Below are positions 13,444 through 23,774 of a stretch of 48,446 nucleotides of DNA, piece after piece. The position numbers were made by a program, and so were the translations under genes. Below the pieces are notes generated by a model. That model was not told the origin of the DNA and searched no databases. It saw nothing but the letters and a program-made list of their open reading frames with translations. This DNA is from Calcarisporiella thermophila CBS 279.70 (Eukaryota; Fungi; Calcarisporiellomycota). The stretch is from positions 1-48,446 of the forward strand of contig NW_027192213.1 of NCBI RefSeq assembly GCF_041956535.1. Direction: 5' to 3'. Every line of letters begins with the position of its first letter. Position 1 is the first letter of the stretch.

Positions 13444-13521
13444 TAGTTCCTAATTAATGTCGGAGCTTGAATATCGTTGGGATAGCTTGATATGTGACTC
13501 GAGTTATGACAATTACCAAAT

Positions 13522-13606
13522 CCGGCTATAGCTCAGCTGGTAGAGCGGAAGACTGTAGTTGATAATAGCAATCTTTAGGTCCCTGGTTCGAATCCGGGTG
13601 GCCGGA
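13522..13606 (+). tRNA. tRNA-Tyr(GTA) with 12-nt intron (13559-13570)
   Basis: Acceptor CCGGCTA/TGGCCGG+A; D arm GCTC..GAGC; anticodon arm GAAGA-CTGTAG[intron]A-TCTTT; T arm CCTGG-TTCGAAT-CCGGG; TTTT terminator just downstream. Confidence 0.97.
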
Positions 13607-13964
13607 CATTTTAATATTTTTTTAATATAGTTGCTATTTTGAATCACGTATCCTTGAAAAATCTATGAATGAATTATTGATACCTTAAATACTAATATTT
13701 TTTAGTTCCATCTTCAACTATAAAAGAACGCATCAAATTATTTAATGCAATAATATACTCAATATAGAATATACACAGATTATAGTATAAATCAATTATA
13801 TCAAAACGAAAATCAATCCATTATAAAAATTTTGAATGAAATGGAAACTAAAGGTGAACAAACGTAATTTTTAGCAATATAGTGTATAAGTAGAAAGCTA
13901 TTCATTGGGCAGTTCGTATCTTTTCTAAAAATGTAATTATATCTGTATAAATAGCCGCAAAAAA

Positions 13965-14049
13965 TCCGGCCACCCGGATTCGAACCAGGGACCTAAAGAT
14001 CGCTATTATCAACTACAGTCTTCCGCTCTACCAGCTGAGCTATAGCCGG
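13965..14049 (-). tRNA. tRNA-Tyr(GTA) with 12-nt intron, convergent with copy 1
   Basis: Reverse complement of 13522-13606 except for the last intron base. T6 terminator follows immediately (A run 13959-13964). Confidence 0.97.
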
Positions 14050-14072
14050 ATTTAGTAATGTTGCGTCGAATA

Positions 14073-14538
14073 TATGTCTAATAAGGTCTATCCCGACAAT
14101 CCTCTAGCTATCCTTAAGCTCTTGATTGTCGGGGAGAGGTGGTGCAGTGGTCCACTTCAGGTGCCATAATCGAAATGGCGCGGGTTCGAACCCCGCAATC
14201 CCCACCAGCACTCGCTTCTTGAGATTGCTGTCCACTTGCCCTTTGGCTCTAACACGACAAACACGACTTTCACGATAAACACAACAATAACGACTATTAC
14301 TGACGCAATGAGCGATGCTCGTCAACATGACGTGGATAACTTACTTCGCGTCAAGCTCTTTCACGTCTGCTTCTTGTAATATTGGGAACTATTAACCTAA
14401 TAAAAGTTTCCATTGATTGATCAAAAAAAAAAAAATTAAGCTCTTGATTGTCCTTCCTTAAACACTTCAGAAGACTAATAAACGACACAAGATGGTGGTT
14501 TGAAACGTATCCGGTTCTATCTCAATACAAAATAGCAC
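14073..14538 (+). repeat. ~140-bp dispersed repeat, copy 2, interrupted by a SINE
   Basis: 14073-14130 plus 14453-14538 realign with 12980-13121 (a few substitutions/indels). Begins ~24 bp upstream of tRNA-Tyr copy 2. Confidence 0.8.
14131..14435 (+). mobile_element. tRNA-derived SINE, subfamily A, copy 2 (full length)
   Basis: Same 292 nt as copy 1; by eye there is one substitution (A box TGGTGCAGTGG). A13 tail 14423-14435. 17-bp TSD TTAAGCTCTTGATTGTC at 14114-14130 and 14436-14452. Confidence 0.95.
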
Positions 14539-14760
14539 ACTTTATTCTAACTAAAGATATTCTCCTTTTTATACTAAAGATAATGTATCACAAGAAGGTA
14601 AAATATAAAAAAATATAAGGTGATTCTGGATAAATATGTTAATCGTATGATAATAAGTATACTGGTCACCCCACAAAAATATCTATCACACCACATAATG
14701 AATAAAAAGAAAAGTAAGTCACGAAATCTAAGCCTCCTTTCCTCCTACTGCGCCATAAAT

Positions 14761-15323
14761 NNNNNNNNNNNNNNNNNNNNNNNNNNNNNNNNNNNNNNNN
14801 NNNNNNNNNNNNNNNNNNNNNNNNNNNNNNNNNNNNNNNNNNNNNNNNNNNNNNNNNNNNNNNNNNNNNNNNNNNNNNNNNNNNNNNNNNNNNNNNNNNN
14901 NNNNNNNNNNNNNNNNNNNNNNNNNNNNNNNNNNNNNNNNNNNNNNNNNNNNNNNNNNNNNNNNNNNNNNNNNNNNNNNNNNNNNNNNNNNNNNNNNNNN
15001 NNNNNNNNNNNNNNNNNNNNNNNNNNNNNNNNNNNNNNNNNNNNNNNNNNNNNNNNNNNNNNNNNNNNNNNNNNNNNNNNNNNNNNNNNNNNNNNNNNNN
15101 NNNNNNNNNNNNNNNNNNNNNNNNNNNNNNNNNNNNNNNNNNNNNNNNNNNNNNNNNNNNNNNNNNNNNNNNNNNNNNNNNNNNNNNNNNNNNNNNNNNN
15201 NNNNNNNNNNNNNNNNNNNNNNNNNNNNNNNNNNNNNNNNNNNNNNNNNNNNNNNNNNNNNNNNNNNNNNNNNNNNNNNNNNNNNNNNNNNNNNNNNNNN
15301 NNNNNNNNNNNNNNNNNNNNNNN
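14761..15323. other. Assembly gap (563 N)
   Basis: Run of N. Confidence 1.
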
Positions 15324-16437
15324 CTATATTGTGCCAAATTTCCTCACAACAGTAATTGTTGGAATCGTATCGAGATATCTGCAGTAGGACAACCAAGCCA
15401 AGCCACGTAATCCCTCAAGCCCTGCTATTACCCTGTTACAGGGTATACCACAGATTGAAGGACCATGTACGTTCCCGCTGGGTAAATGTGTGCTAGCTGG
15501 CACAAAGGTCAAGAACTTCCGTACAAAAATCGGGAGGCTCTACAAGACAAGCAAAGGAGAGAATATCACTCCGGAATGGAAAGAGACCTCAAGCGATTCC
15601 ATCAATTGGGAGGTAGCTTGGATGTACTGGAAAAAGCGGCCGAGCGAACCCAAGCATAGGACACTAAGATGGAGACTCTTGAAACACAGATTGGTGATAA
15701 ACATCATCACTAGTAACTGGACAGGAGAACCTAATATTTGCAAGCGATGCAGAACCAACGCAGTGGAAACCATTAGTCATGCTTACCTGGAATGCCCGGC
15801 CATAAATCAGTTATGGCAAACGGTAGACAACTTCGTATGCCGCATCCTTGGAGTGAGAGCCCACGAGTCAACCAAGGAAGACAGACTATTTGGAACAGAC
15901 TACAAAACCATGGGCTACCAACGGGAAGTAGTGTCAACGGTCCATGATGCAGCAATTTGGATCGTCTATCGATCAAGATTATCGATAATAATGGATAACG
16001 CCCAACCAAGTGAAATAGCGCTCGCTGAACAACTAGGTCACGAAATGCAAAAAATCGTGAGATCCAAATGGTGGTCAGCGTCCATAAAGGATAAGAAAGA
16101 AGATTTCCAAGAGCTTTGGTGTAAGGGAAGTTGGATACAAGTCCAAGGAGACGAAATATCCTTCAACCAAAACACTTAGCTCCAATACGACCTTGCCGAA
16201 TACCCTACCACCCGCATTCTAGTTTTCCTTCTTTTTTTCTTTCTATATTAGTCCATATTCTTTTCCTCACTTGTATAATACCGTCCTTGAAAAATAGGAT
16301 GGTATTCATACGATCAATCACTACTTACATGTATTTCCCCTGACAATTTTTTTTTTGAGAGTATTTCTCCTGACAAGGCACTATACTAACTTAAAAAGAT
16401 ACTTTTCAATAAAGATCCATAAATCCCAAAAAAAAAA
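15324..16437 (+). mobile_element. 3' end of an L1/Tx1-type non-LTR retrotransposon (ORF2 zf-RVT/CCHC region, 3' UTR, poly(A))
   Basis: WEVAWMYWKKRPSEPKHRTLRWRLLKHRL and CKRC-x8-H-x4-C (CKRCRTNAVETISHAYLEC). Stop at 16179, AATAAA, then A10 at 16428-16437. Confidence 0.9.
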
Positions 16438-16445
16438 TCTCAAGT

Positions 16446-16551
16446 TGTGCCAGGAGCATTACCTGGGTGATTTTGACGTAGAAGCTGCCCTACCTTTTTA
16501 ACAGGATAGGACACTTTTCAATAAAGGTCCTTTGTTAAAAAGAAAAAAAAA
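16446..16551 (+). mobile_element. Very short 5'-truncated LINE 3'-end stub
   Basis: GACACTTTTCAATAAAGGTCC (16510-16530) matches GATACTTTTCAATAAAGATCC (16398-16418) at 19/21 positions. A-rich tail 16537-16551. ATCTCAAGT occurs on both sides (16437-16445, 16555-16563). Confidence 0.65.
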
Positions 16552-16563
16552 GCTATCTCAAGT

Positions 16564-18110
16564 CGTTGTATTTTCCTATGGTTAAAATCACTCGATGTCC
16601 ATATTATCTGTCTCCAAGAAATGCACACAGCCTCCAACGATTACCAATGGTGGTCCCAACATTGGGGCTACTCCGCCCTATGATCAAAACACAATGCTAT
16701 TCTTTCAACATCGGAACATATCAGCCTAGAAGAGACTTTTAGATCAGAAGACGGGAGAATTATCCAAGCAAAAATCATCAACAAAACCACCCAGAACCAA
16801 GACCCTCTACACATCACAACAGTATATGCGCCTGCGAACCCTCAAGATCGAAACAACTTCTATCAAACCACTTTCAAACAACTCCAAAAGGCACGCCAAG
16901 TAGTGGTAGGAGATTTCAATGCCTACCAAAGCCCCAGCTTAGACCACTGGCCACCCCTCCCAGGGTCGAACGGACAAAGAACATCATGGAAGTCACTGGA
17001 AGAGTCACTAAGAGATTTAGACCTGCACGACATCCATAGACACTTCTCCTCCCGAGCAGATCAATTCACTTGTGAGACGGTCACAAGCTCAGGAATAGTG
17101 AAAACACGTATAGATCACGCGTATACCACACCAACCCTCCTAGAAAAATCCCAGGACTTGGAAACCATAACCCCATCCCTATTCGAAGGGAGATCCACAT
17201 CGGACCACTTAGGCCTACTCCTTACGATCAACCAAAGCACCCGGAATCAACGTGGACCAGGATGGTGGAAATTAAACACCGACGTACTAGATGATGAAGC
17301 TTTCGTCAATGAGATTCAATCCCTCTGGAGAAGGAGACCCGCTATCACCGCTATTATACAACCTGGCGCTGGAGCCGTTGCTACATCATATTCGAATGAC
17401 AATCAAAGGAATATCGGTAAACTCAGAACACCAGATAAAAACCGCGGCTTTTGCAGATGATGTGGTAGCGGTAGTGTCCGACCAGGAAGATATCAACAAA
17501 ATGACAGAATGCTTGGAACTGTTCAATCTAGCCTCCAACTCAAACAAATTTCGATAAATCCGAAGCAGTACCACTTACTACAGAGAGCAGGATGCCCTTG
17601 TTGTCACCATGCCTTTTTATCCCGGAAGAAGGTACCTTTACTCTGCTGGGAATCCCTTTCAATACCAAGCACATCTTCCCGCCCACGTCATTCTACGAAC
17701 AATTGTTGGAGAAGTTGGAGAAAACAGTTAAAACCTGGAAATCACGCTCAATATCCCTCCTAGGAAAAGTTTTGCTTGTTAACTCTAGACTTTTGTCCAA
17801 GATCTGGTACTTAGCCTATCTCATTCCCTTTAAACAAGACTTCTTTGATAGAGTTTCCCGGATAGTCCAGCAATTCCTCTGGGGAGGGCGCCGCTCGCAA
17901 ATTGAGAGAAGTCTCCTGGAACAACCAAAGGGCTTTGGTCTGGGATTAATTGACCCAAAACACCAATGTACAGCCATCCTTGCTTCCTGGATCCAAAGAA
18001 TCCACAATGCGCAAAGAGAACGCATACCGCCGCCATGGTATCACTTAGCCATCCATATTCTTACGAAACACTATCCTAATGAAGGCTCCAATAAATGACC
18101 ACGACCATAC
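16564..18110 (+). mobile_element. Degenerate L1/Tx1-type LINE ORF2 (APE endonuclease plus partial RT), internally deleted and 3'-truncated
   Basis: EN motifs IICLQE, DGR, VYAP, GDFN, RIDH, SDH and GPGWWKLN are joined at ~17330 directly to RT motifs GDPLSPLLYNL and FADD, then LGIPF, GKVLLVNS..SKIWY, FLWGG and GLGL. Stops and frameshifts are present. Confidence 0.92.
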
Positions 18111-18635
18111 ATTAATATTCGCAGGTTTAGAAGCTGGCCCTGCTCTTAATCCTGCAAAACGTGAGAACTAAGTGTGAAAACAGTCATAAAAAATAAAAAT
18201 ACAGTAATAAGGTGTCAAGAAACTTTTGGGAGGCACTTTATTTAGTATTTTGCCAATTATATGTAATAACATTTTTTTACCCACAACAAATATGTGAATT
18301 CTCGAATAAATGTTAATTTTCAAATTCAAGTGGAATCTAGGTATAAACTTATTTCACGATTTTACTGTTTTTGGACTACTTGCTAAGAATAAAGAGCTAA
18401 ATCTTTGTTATTACTAGCGCTATTATCAAATATTTGAGATTTTTTCTTTTATATTGCGTTATTTCAATATTTTTGTTGAATTTTACTTTTACCAATAGTT
18501 TTATTATATTATATTCCTTTTTTCAGTTATGGATTGAAGAAAAATTTGATAATATCAACATGTTGATAAATCCATATTGCACTATGTTATAAAAACTTAC
18601 AGTATAATTTTTTGTTGGGAAACAGAGCAAATCAG

Positions 18636-20394
18636 TTATTCCTCAGGCTTAAGCATGACCTTTACGCAACCATCCTCATGCTTGTCAAAGAGAGAATAAG
18701 CTTTGGGAGCTTCTTTGAAAGGAACGCGGTGCGTAAATAAAATTTTGCCTGGATCTGGCTTCACTTTTTGGTTCTTGAGAATATCAAGAATATCTTTCCA
18801 ATATTTTTGCACCAAAACTTGGCCGCCATGAATGCATACGCTCTTTTCCATGAGGGCACCAATAGGGAACTGGTTACAAGTACCGACATAATCTCCTATC
18901 AAACTAACACTTCCACCTATATCACATTGTTATTCGAGGGTAAGTATGTCATATTGATTTGAAAATTGAATTAATATTTGGGTCAATCTAACCTTTCTTG
19001 ACACACTTGATGCACTCAGATACAACCTCCGGAGCGTCAGTTTCAAGCATTAGGGCCCGAGAAACCTTATGCATCATTGTCTTGGGAAAACGAAAACCCA
19101 CACAATCAATAGCACAATCAACTCCTCCAGGACAAATTTCTTGCATCCTCTTTACAACATCAGTGTGCTCAGTCGCATCAATAGTCTCCACACCGATGTA
19201 TTCGCATGCTAACTGCAGGCGCTCTTTGTCATTATCAATTGCAATTATCCGAGATGCTCCACGATACTTCGCCCAAATTTGAGCCATTAGTCCAACAGGG
19301 CCGCAACCTAATAATAGTGGATCGTCAGTGTTAAAAAATGGCGAAAGAACATCTCTGATGTAATATAGTGCTCTAATTACCCCAAACTGCTACAGTTCGC
19401 CCTTCAGTCACATGTCCACGCTCATTAGCATGCCAGCCAGTGCACGCAACCTAGAAAACGTAGGTATTATATCATTATTCTAATATGCGAGCGAGAAAAA
19501 GAATGTGATAACTACATCACAAAGAAGCAAAGCATCCTCGTCGCTTAATTCCGATTCAGATGGCAACTGGAGCAAGTTCACATCCGCAAAAGGTACGCGA
19601 ATATATTCAGCTTGGGTTCCTTCATAACCCCCTATATCTCAGTGATTCTATATGAAACTAGTGCATCTTCACAAAATTCTACGGATGAATTAAACGTTTA
19701 CCTGTAAGATGAGAATACCCAAACAGACCGGCAGTGCGGTGGCCTAAACCAGCAGAAATAATATTAGATCAATCTTAATTGAAGCTAGTAATATTATTAT
19801 TAGTACATACCGTACATCTGCTCCATATCGCGACTGGGGTTCGTAGTATCGCAGCAAGAGAACAATCCTCGCTGGCAGTATTCGCATTTTCCGCAAGCAA
19901 TGACCGCAGAAATTGCTACACGCTCGCCTTCCTTAAAATTCTTTACTTGACTCCCTACCTGATATCCCCAAAATGCACCATATAATAAACAGCAATCAGA
20001 AACCTATATTTACTGTCCGATTTTGTAACCGATTTTTATTATAACTATTGTTACCTGATGAACGATACCAATTGCTTCGTGACCTAATACATCGCCGCTT
20101 TTCATACCCTGAACCGTATTGTGGTAGAGATGAAGATCGCTTCCACAAATAGTAGTGGCAGTCATCCTCACGATAACATCGGTAGGCTCCTGCTCGTGAG
20201 GAAAAAAAACCAAATCATCACCAAATTCTATTCTTTCAATTTTCACTGAAAGAAATACTCACAGTGAGTGTAGGCTTGCCACATTCATCCACTCCCACCG
20301 ATGTATTACCATGCCAAACTACCGCTCTCATTGTCCCACCAGATTTCTGAGGGTGTTGAGTGGTACTAGGAACATATTGAGCGCCAGAAGACAT
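18636..20394 (-). CDS. Zinc-dependent medium-chain dehydrogenase (formaldehyde-dehydrogenase-like), multi-exon
   Basis: MRAVVWHG; TTICGSDLHLY; GHEAIG; structural-Zn Cys cluster (IACGKCEYC...C); GCGPVG; DCVGF; C-terminal FDKHEDGCVKVMLKP. Confidence 0.92.
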
Positions 20395-21302
20395 GTTTTA
20401 GTAAACTTTTGAAAGTGAAGGTTGTGCTCTTTTCTTGTTAATTCCCAGAGAATTCAATCGCCAATCTATTTATACTAAAATCAACGAAAGAAATTTTTTT
20501 GCCACCATTGTGTGACTGGTTGGCGTCTATGCATTGAAATTACCGAATTCAGGATAGGATGTGAAAGTGGCATGAAAGTGGCATGAAGGTGGTTCTCAAA
20601 GCCCATGATTAAAACCTCAGACTCATTGCAACTTCCAAAAGCATCTCCAAATTAAAATAAATTCAGCCGAGATATATAGTTATGGTCGGAATAATTGAAA
20701 TAATGCAGAATAAAATCAATAATCGAATTGATTGTAATTAAGTAAAGAGGATTGATCCTGTTTCCTAGGTTGCTTTTATTAATCTATTTTATAGAAATCC
20801 ATATTTAATAATTTATAACAAAAAACGCCCGATTTAAAATGGATATCAATGACAACTTTCTTAGAACATTTCCAAAATTTGAGATCAAAAGTGCTAGATA
20901 TTATAAAATACCTATTTGATCGGTTTTATTATATCCCGTGACCTTCTCGATTGGCTTATAACTTGTCTCCTTGCATGAAATTATTCAATATATGTTTTCA
21001 TTGTAAAGCTAATGATCTCAATGATTAATCAATGTAAAAAATACTTTCTACATTGATCTTATCGTATGCGAGGTGGATAGTAAACATCTATTATTGATTT
21101 GATCAAACTATCGAAAAAAGAATAATAATGGATAGTACTCCTACCACCGAATTTATTAATAGGTATTTTCATAATATTAGACGAAATTGAATTGGCAAAA
21201 AATTTCCTCTCAATAGGATACAGTATTAAATACAATAGATTACAGTAATAAAACCATCAATTAATTATGATTAGAAATTTGAAAGACCAATTATTTCTAA
21301 TA

Positions 21303-22091
21303 CTAAACGTCGTATTGAAGTAAAATATAGAGTAAATTTTGAAGCAATTTCCTAAGCATCTTGGTAAGTTGAGGATCAGGCTTTGTATTTACATTCATAT
21401 CAGGATTCGATGTCATATCATCTGGCACAATTGGATTTAGTGTGGAGTTTGTGGGATCTACTGGCTGTATTTCGTCATCTTTTTGTAATTCGATAGTTGC
21501 ACATGCGAGCCTAATCTTTTCCACCGGCGCATGAATGACAATGCTTCTCCCAACAATAGAATTTTCTCCAGATAATGATAACTCGGGATCATCATATTCT
21601 TGGTCAATGTTATTGTAGCCATCGACTGAACCCTTTAAAGGACCATGTTTACCGCTTAAATCCCCAGCTTCTAGAACACCTCCACCTTGGGTTTGGTTCT
21701 TGCTTATGATTTCGGGCGTATTGAAATGGCCCAGTGTCGAGTAACAATTACCATCAGCTGGAACACTTTTTACATGAACGTGATAGTTGTGGGTTGCGTT
21801 AAGACCAGAATAAACCATGACCCTTACATGCAGAGGAGAATCTTTTGATGCCTCAGTGAAAATGAATTTTGCAGTAATCCCATCTATTAGAAAATATCAT
21901 TTGAGTGTATGAACAAAGAAATCTGCTTGATTAATTAACTTACTCTGACCATCAATAATAGCTTTAGCCGTGGCTGGGAAAGCTATGCTATCTGAGCCAT
22001 TCTCTGCACGTAACATGAGATGAGAAGTTGGAAGGGCCCATGTGACCAAACTCAAAATGCTAAACGTAGTAATGAAGGATATATATCTCAT
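21303..22091 (-). CDS. Secreted Cu-only (SOD5-type) superoxide dismutase
   Basis: Signal peptide; YHVH; C..TLGHFN; EAGDLSGKHG; SIVGRSIVIH; RLACA. The two Zn-only His are absent and there is no electrostatic loop between SIVIH and RLAC. One intron near 21885-21942. Confidence 0.88.
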
Positions 22092-23774
22092 TTCTATCGT
22101 CTAATTATTTAAAATATGAAAAGAATGTGTATAAGGAGAGTAAAAGTGGTTACGAAAGAATGTATTTTCAACGCTTTTCCAGAACTTTGCTCCTAAGAGA
22201 AAATCGCGCTTTTATATTATATATCTCATGCTCGTTTCATATTAGTGTTTAAATATGCTTAATTAAGAATATTTAGCCAACACTCCTGTCAGAGGTATTT
22301 TCCCAGATGTGATCGTGAAATTTGCTAAGCCACATTTTGAATACAAGTCTATTGGCCATGCCTCTAAGGGCTTTACACAGATTTTCTCAAACAATATCCT
22401 TTTTGACATGAAACTTTTACTTGTTTAATGGTTTTACCCTAAACTATCTACCGCACTGAATATATTGCACTTGGTTTCATCTTTTCATTTTTGCCAAAGA
22501 TTTTGAATTTTAATATCCCAGTTTCCAAGGGTTTGTTTTGGTTAATTTTCGCGACATACAAATAATATTAAGTAGGAAATGCTTGAAACCAAAATCAAAA
22601 CCAGTCACTCTCAATGTTCTGCGATAATACTGATAAATCATTAAAGAAGAGATTCAACTTGCAGCCTACTGAATAATCTAAGTTTAAAATGATATAATAA
22701 AATTGGTCATTTCTTCTTATCAGCTTGGCGTAATTATTTTTTTTTCGCCTCGTTTCAACATCCCATAGTTGAATCGCTTAGCGCCGCATGATTGGGCTAC
22801 ATGACTGGTCAAAGTGAATGATAGAGCCACCTTATAAGATCATTGCTTGGTAACCACGTGCAAGTTGTGAGCACCGAACACAACAAATACGCGTCATTAT
22901 CTTAGTAGTTATATATACTTTAGTAAAGTATTATACCGATATTAATCTTTAGAATAACTTAGCGAAGATGATACTATTACGAACTTTCATGTAATATACC
23001 AAATTAAAGTTCTTTTTTATTCCTAGGGTGCTTTTGAATATTTATTAAGATAAGCTTCATCAACATTATTATGGGCAGTGTTGATTACTGTTGATTAATC
23101 TATAAGGATAGTATAATATAATAATATACATAATAGAAGTGTATATACTACATATACAACTAGTTATCGTTCTATTACGAACTAATAATAAGAAGTTGAC
23201 AGTTGAATAAGATATTTAAAAAGAATATTAATGAAAGAAAATTAGAATGGTTTGGAATTTTAGAGGGACAAGTATTTACGAACCTAAAATGAATTAAAGT
23301 CCGTTATAGCATTAACACTTAACTTCACTGATACCATTATTCAATAAAAAAGGAGAGGAACAATTTATTAGCCAGCATATGATTTAATTCAACAACAATA
23401 TACAAATTTCTTTTTTTTTTGAAATAGCAGCTAAATAATTTGGATTCTTGCCAAAGTGGACAAGAGTCAAATTTATTTTATAGAATTTTAATCATATACG
23501 AAATAAATTTAATATATTTTGTATAAATGCTACAAAATGAGTAATTTAAAGAATAAAAGTGAAATATAATTGGCATAAACAAAATACACATCGAGATGGC
23601 GTATAGTAAAATAGCAACAACATGATGGGTAAATAGTGGATGAAGGGAACCAGTCTGTTAGGTATTATAAATGGGTGAGCATAAATACAGTGCATACTAA
23701 TATAGTGTACACGCAAGGTGCGATTTCATTGCTGTGAGTACGGATTGGACTTAGACAACTTAGACAACCTAAGG

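Noticed and set aside
13246-13446. 66-aa ORF and its 74-aa twin at 14104-14328 as duplicated small proteins
   Set aside because: Both are antisense to the SINE; GIAGFEPA is just the reverse-strand translation of the B box/T arm.
13458-13511. 54-bp TGTC...GACA segment flanked by ATTAA/ATTAC, 10 bp upstream of tRNA-Tyr, as a mini-element
   Set aside because: Only 4-bp terminal repeats, an imperfect TSD in AT-rich DNA and a single copy; compatible with chance.
14131-14207. SINE head as a functional tRNA gene
   Set aside because: The acceptor stem has only 5 pairs, there is no canonical anticodon arm and no T-run terminator, and it is embedded in a poly(A)/TSD-bounded element.
12980-14538. Whole tRNA-Tyr locus as one inverted segmental duplication
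   Set aside because: The SINE-tRNA spacers and TSDs differ, and the 140-bp repeat is in direct, not inverted, orientation.
14620-15396. Long ORFs spanning 14.6-15.4 kb
   Set aside because: Artefacts of the N gap.
20562-20592. Short tandem repeat (TGAAAGTGGCA) x ~3 upstream of the dehydrogenase
   Set aside because: Ordinary slippage-type repeat with no spacers, so not CRISPR-like; no evidence of function.
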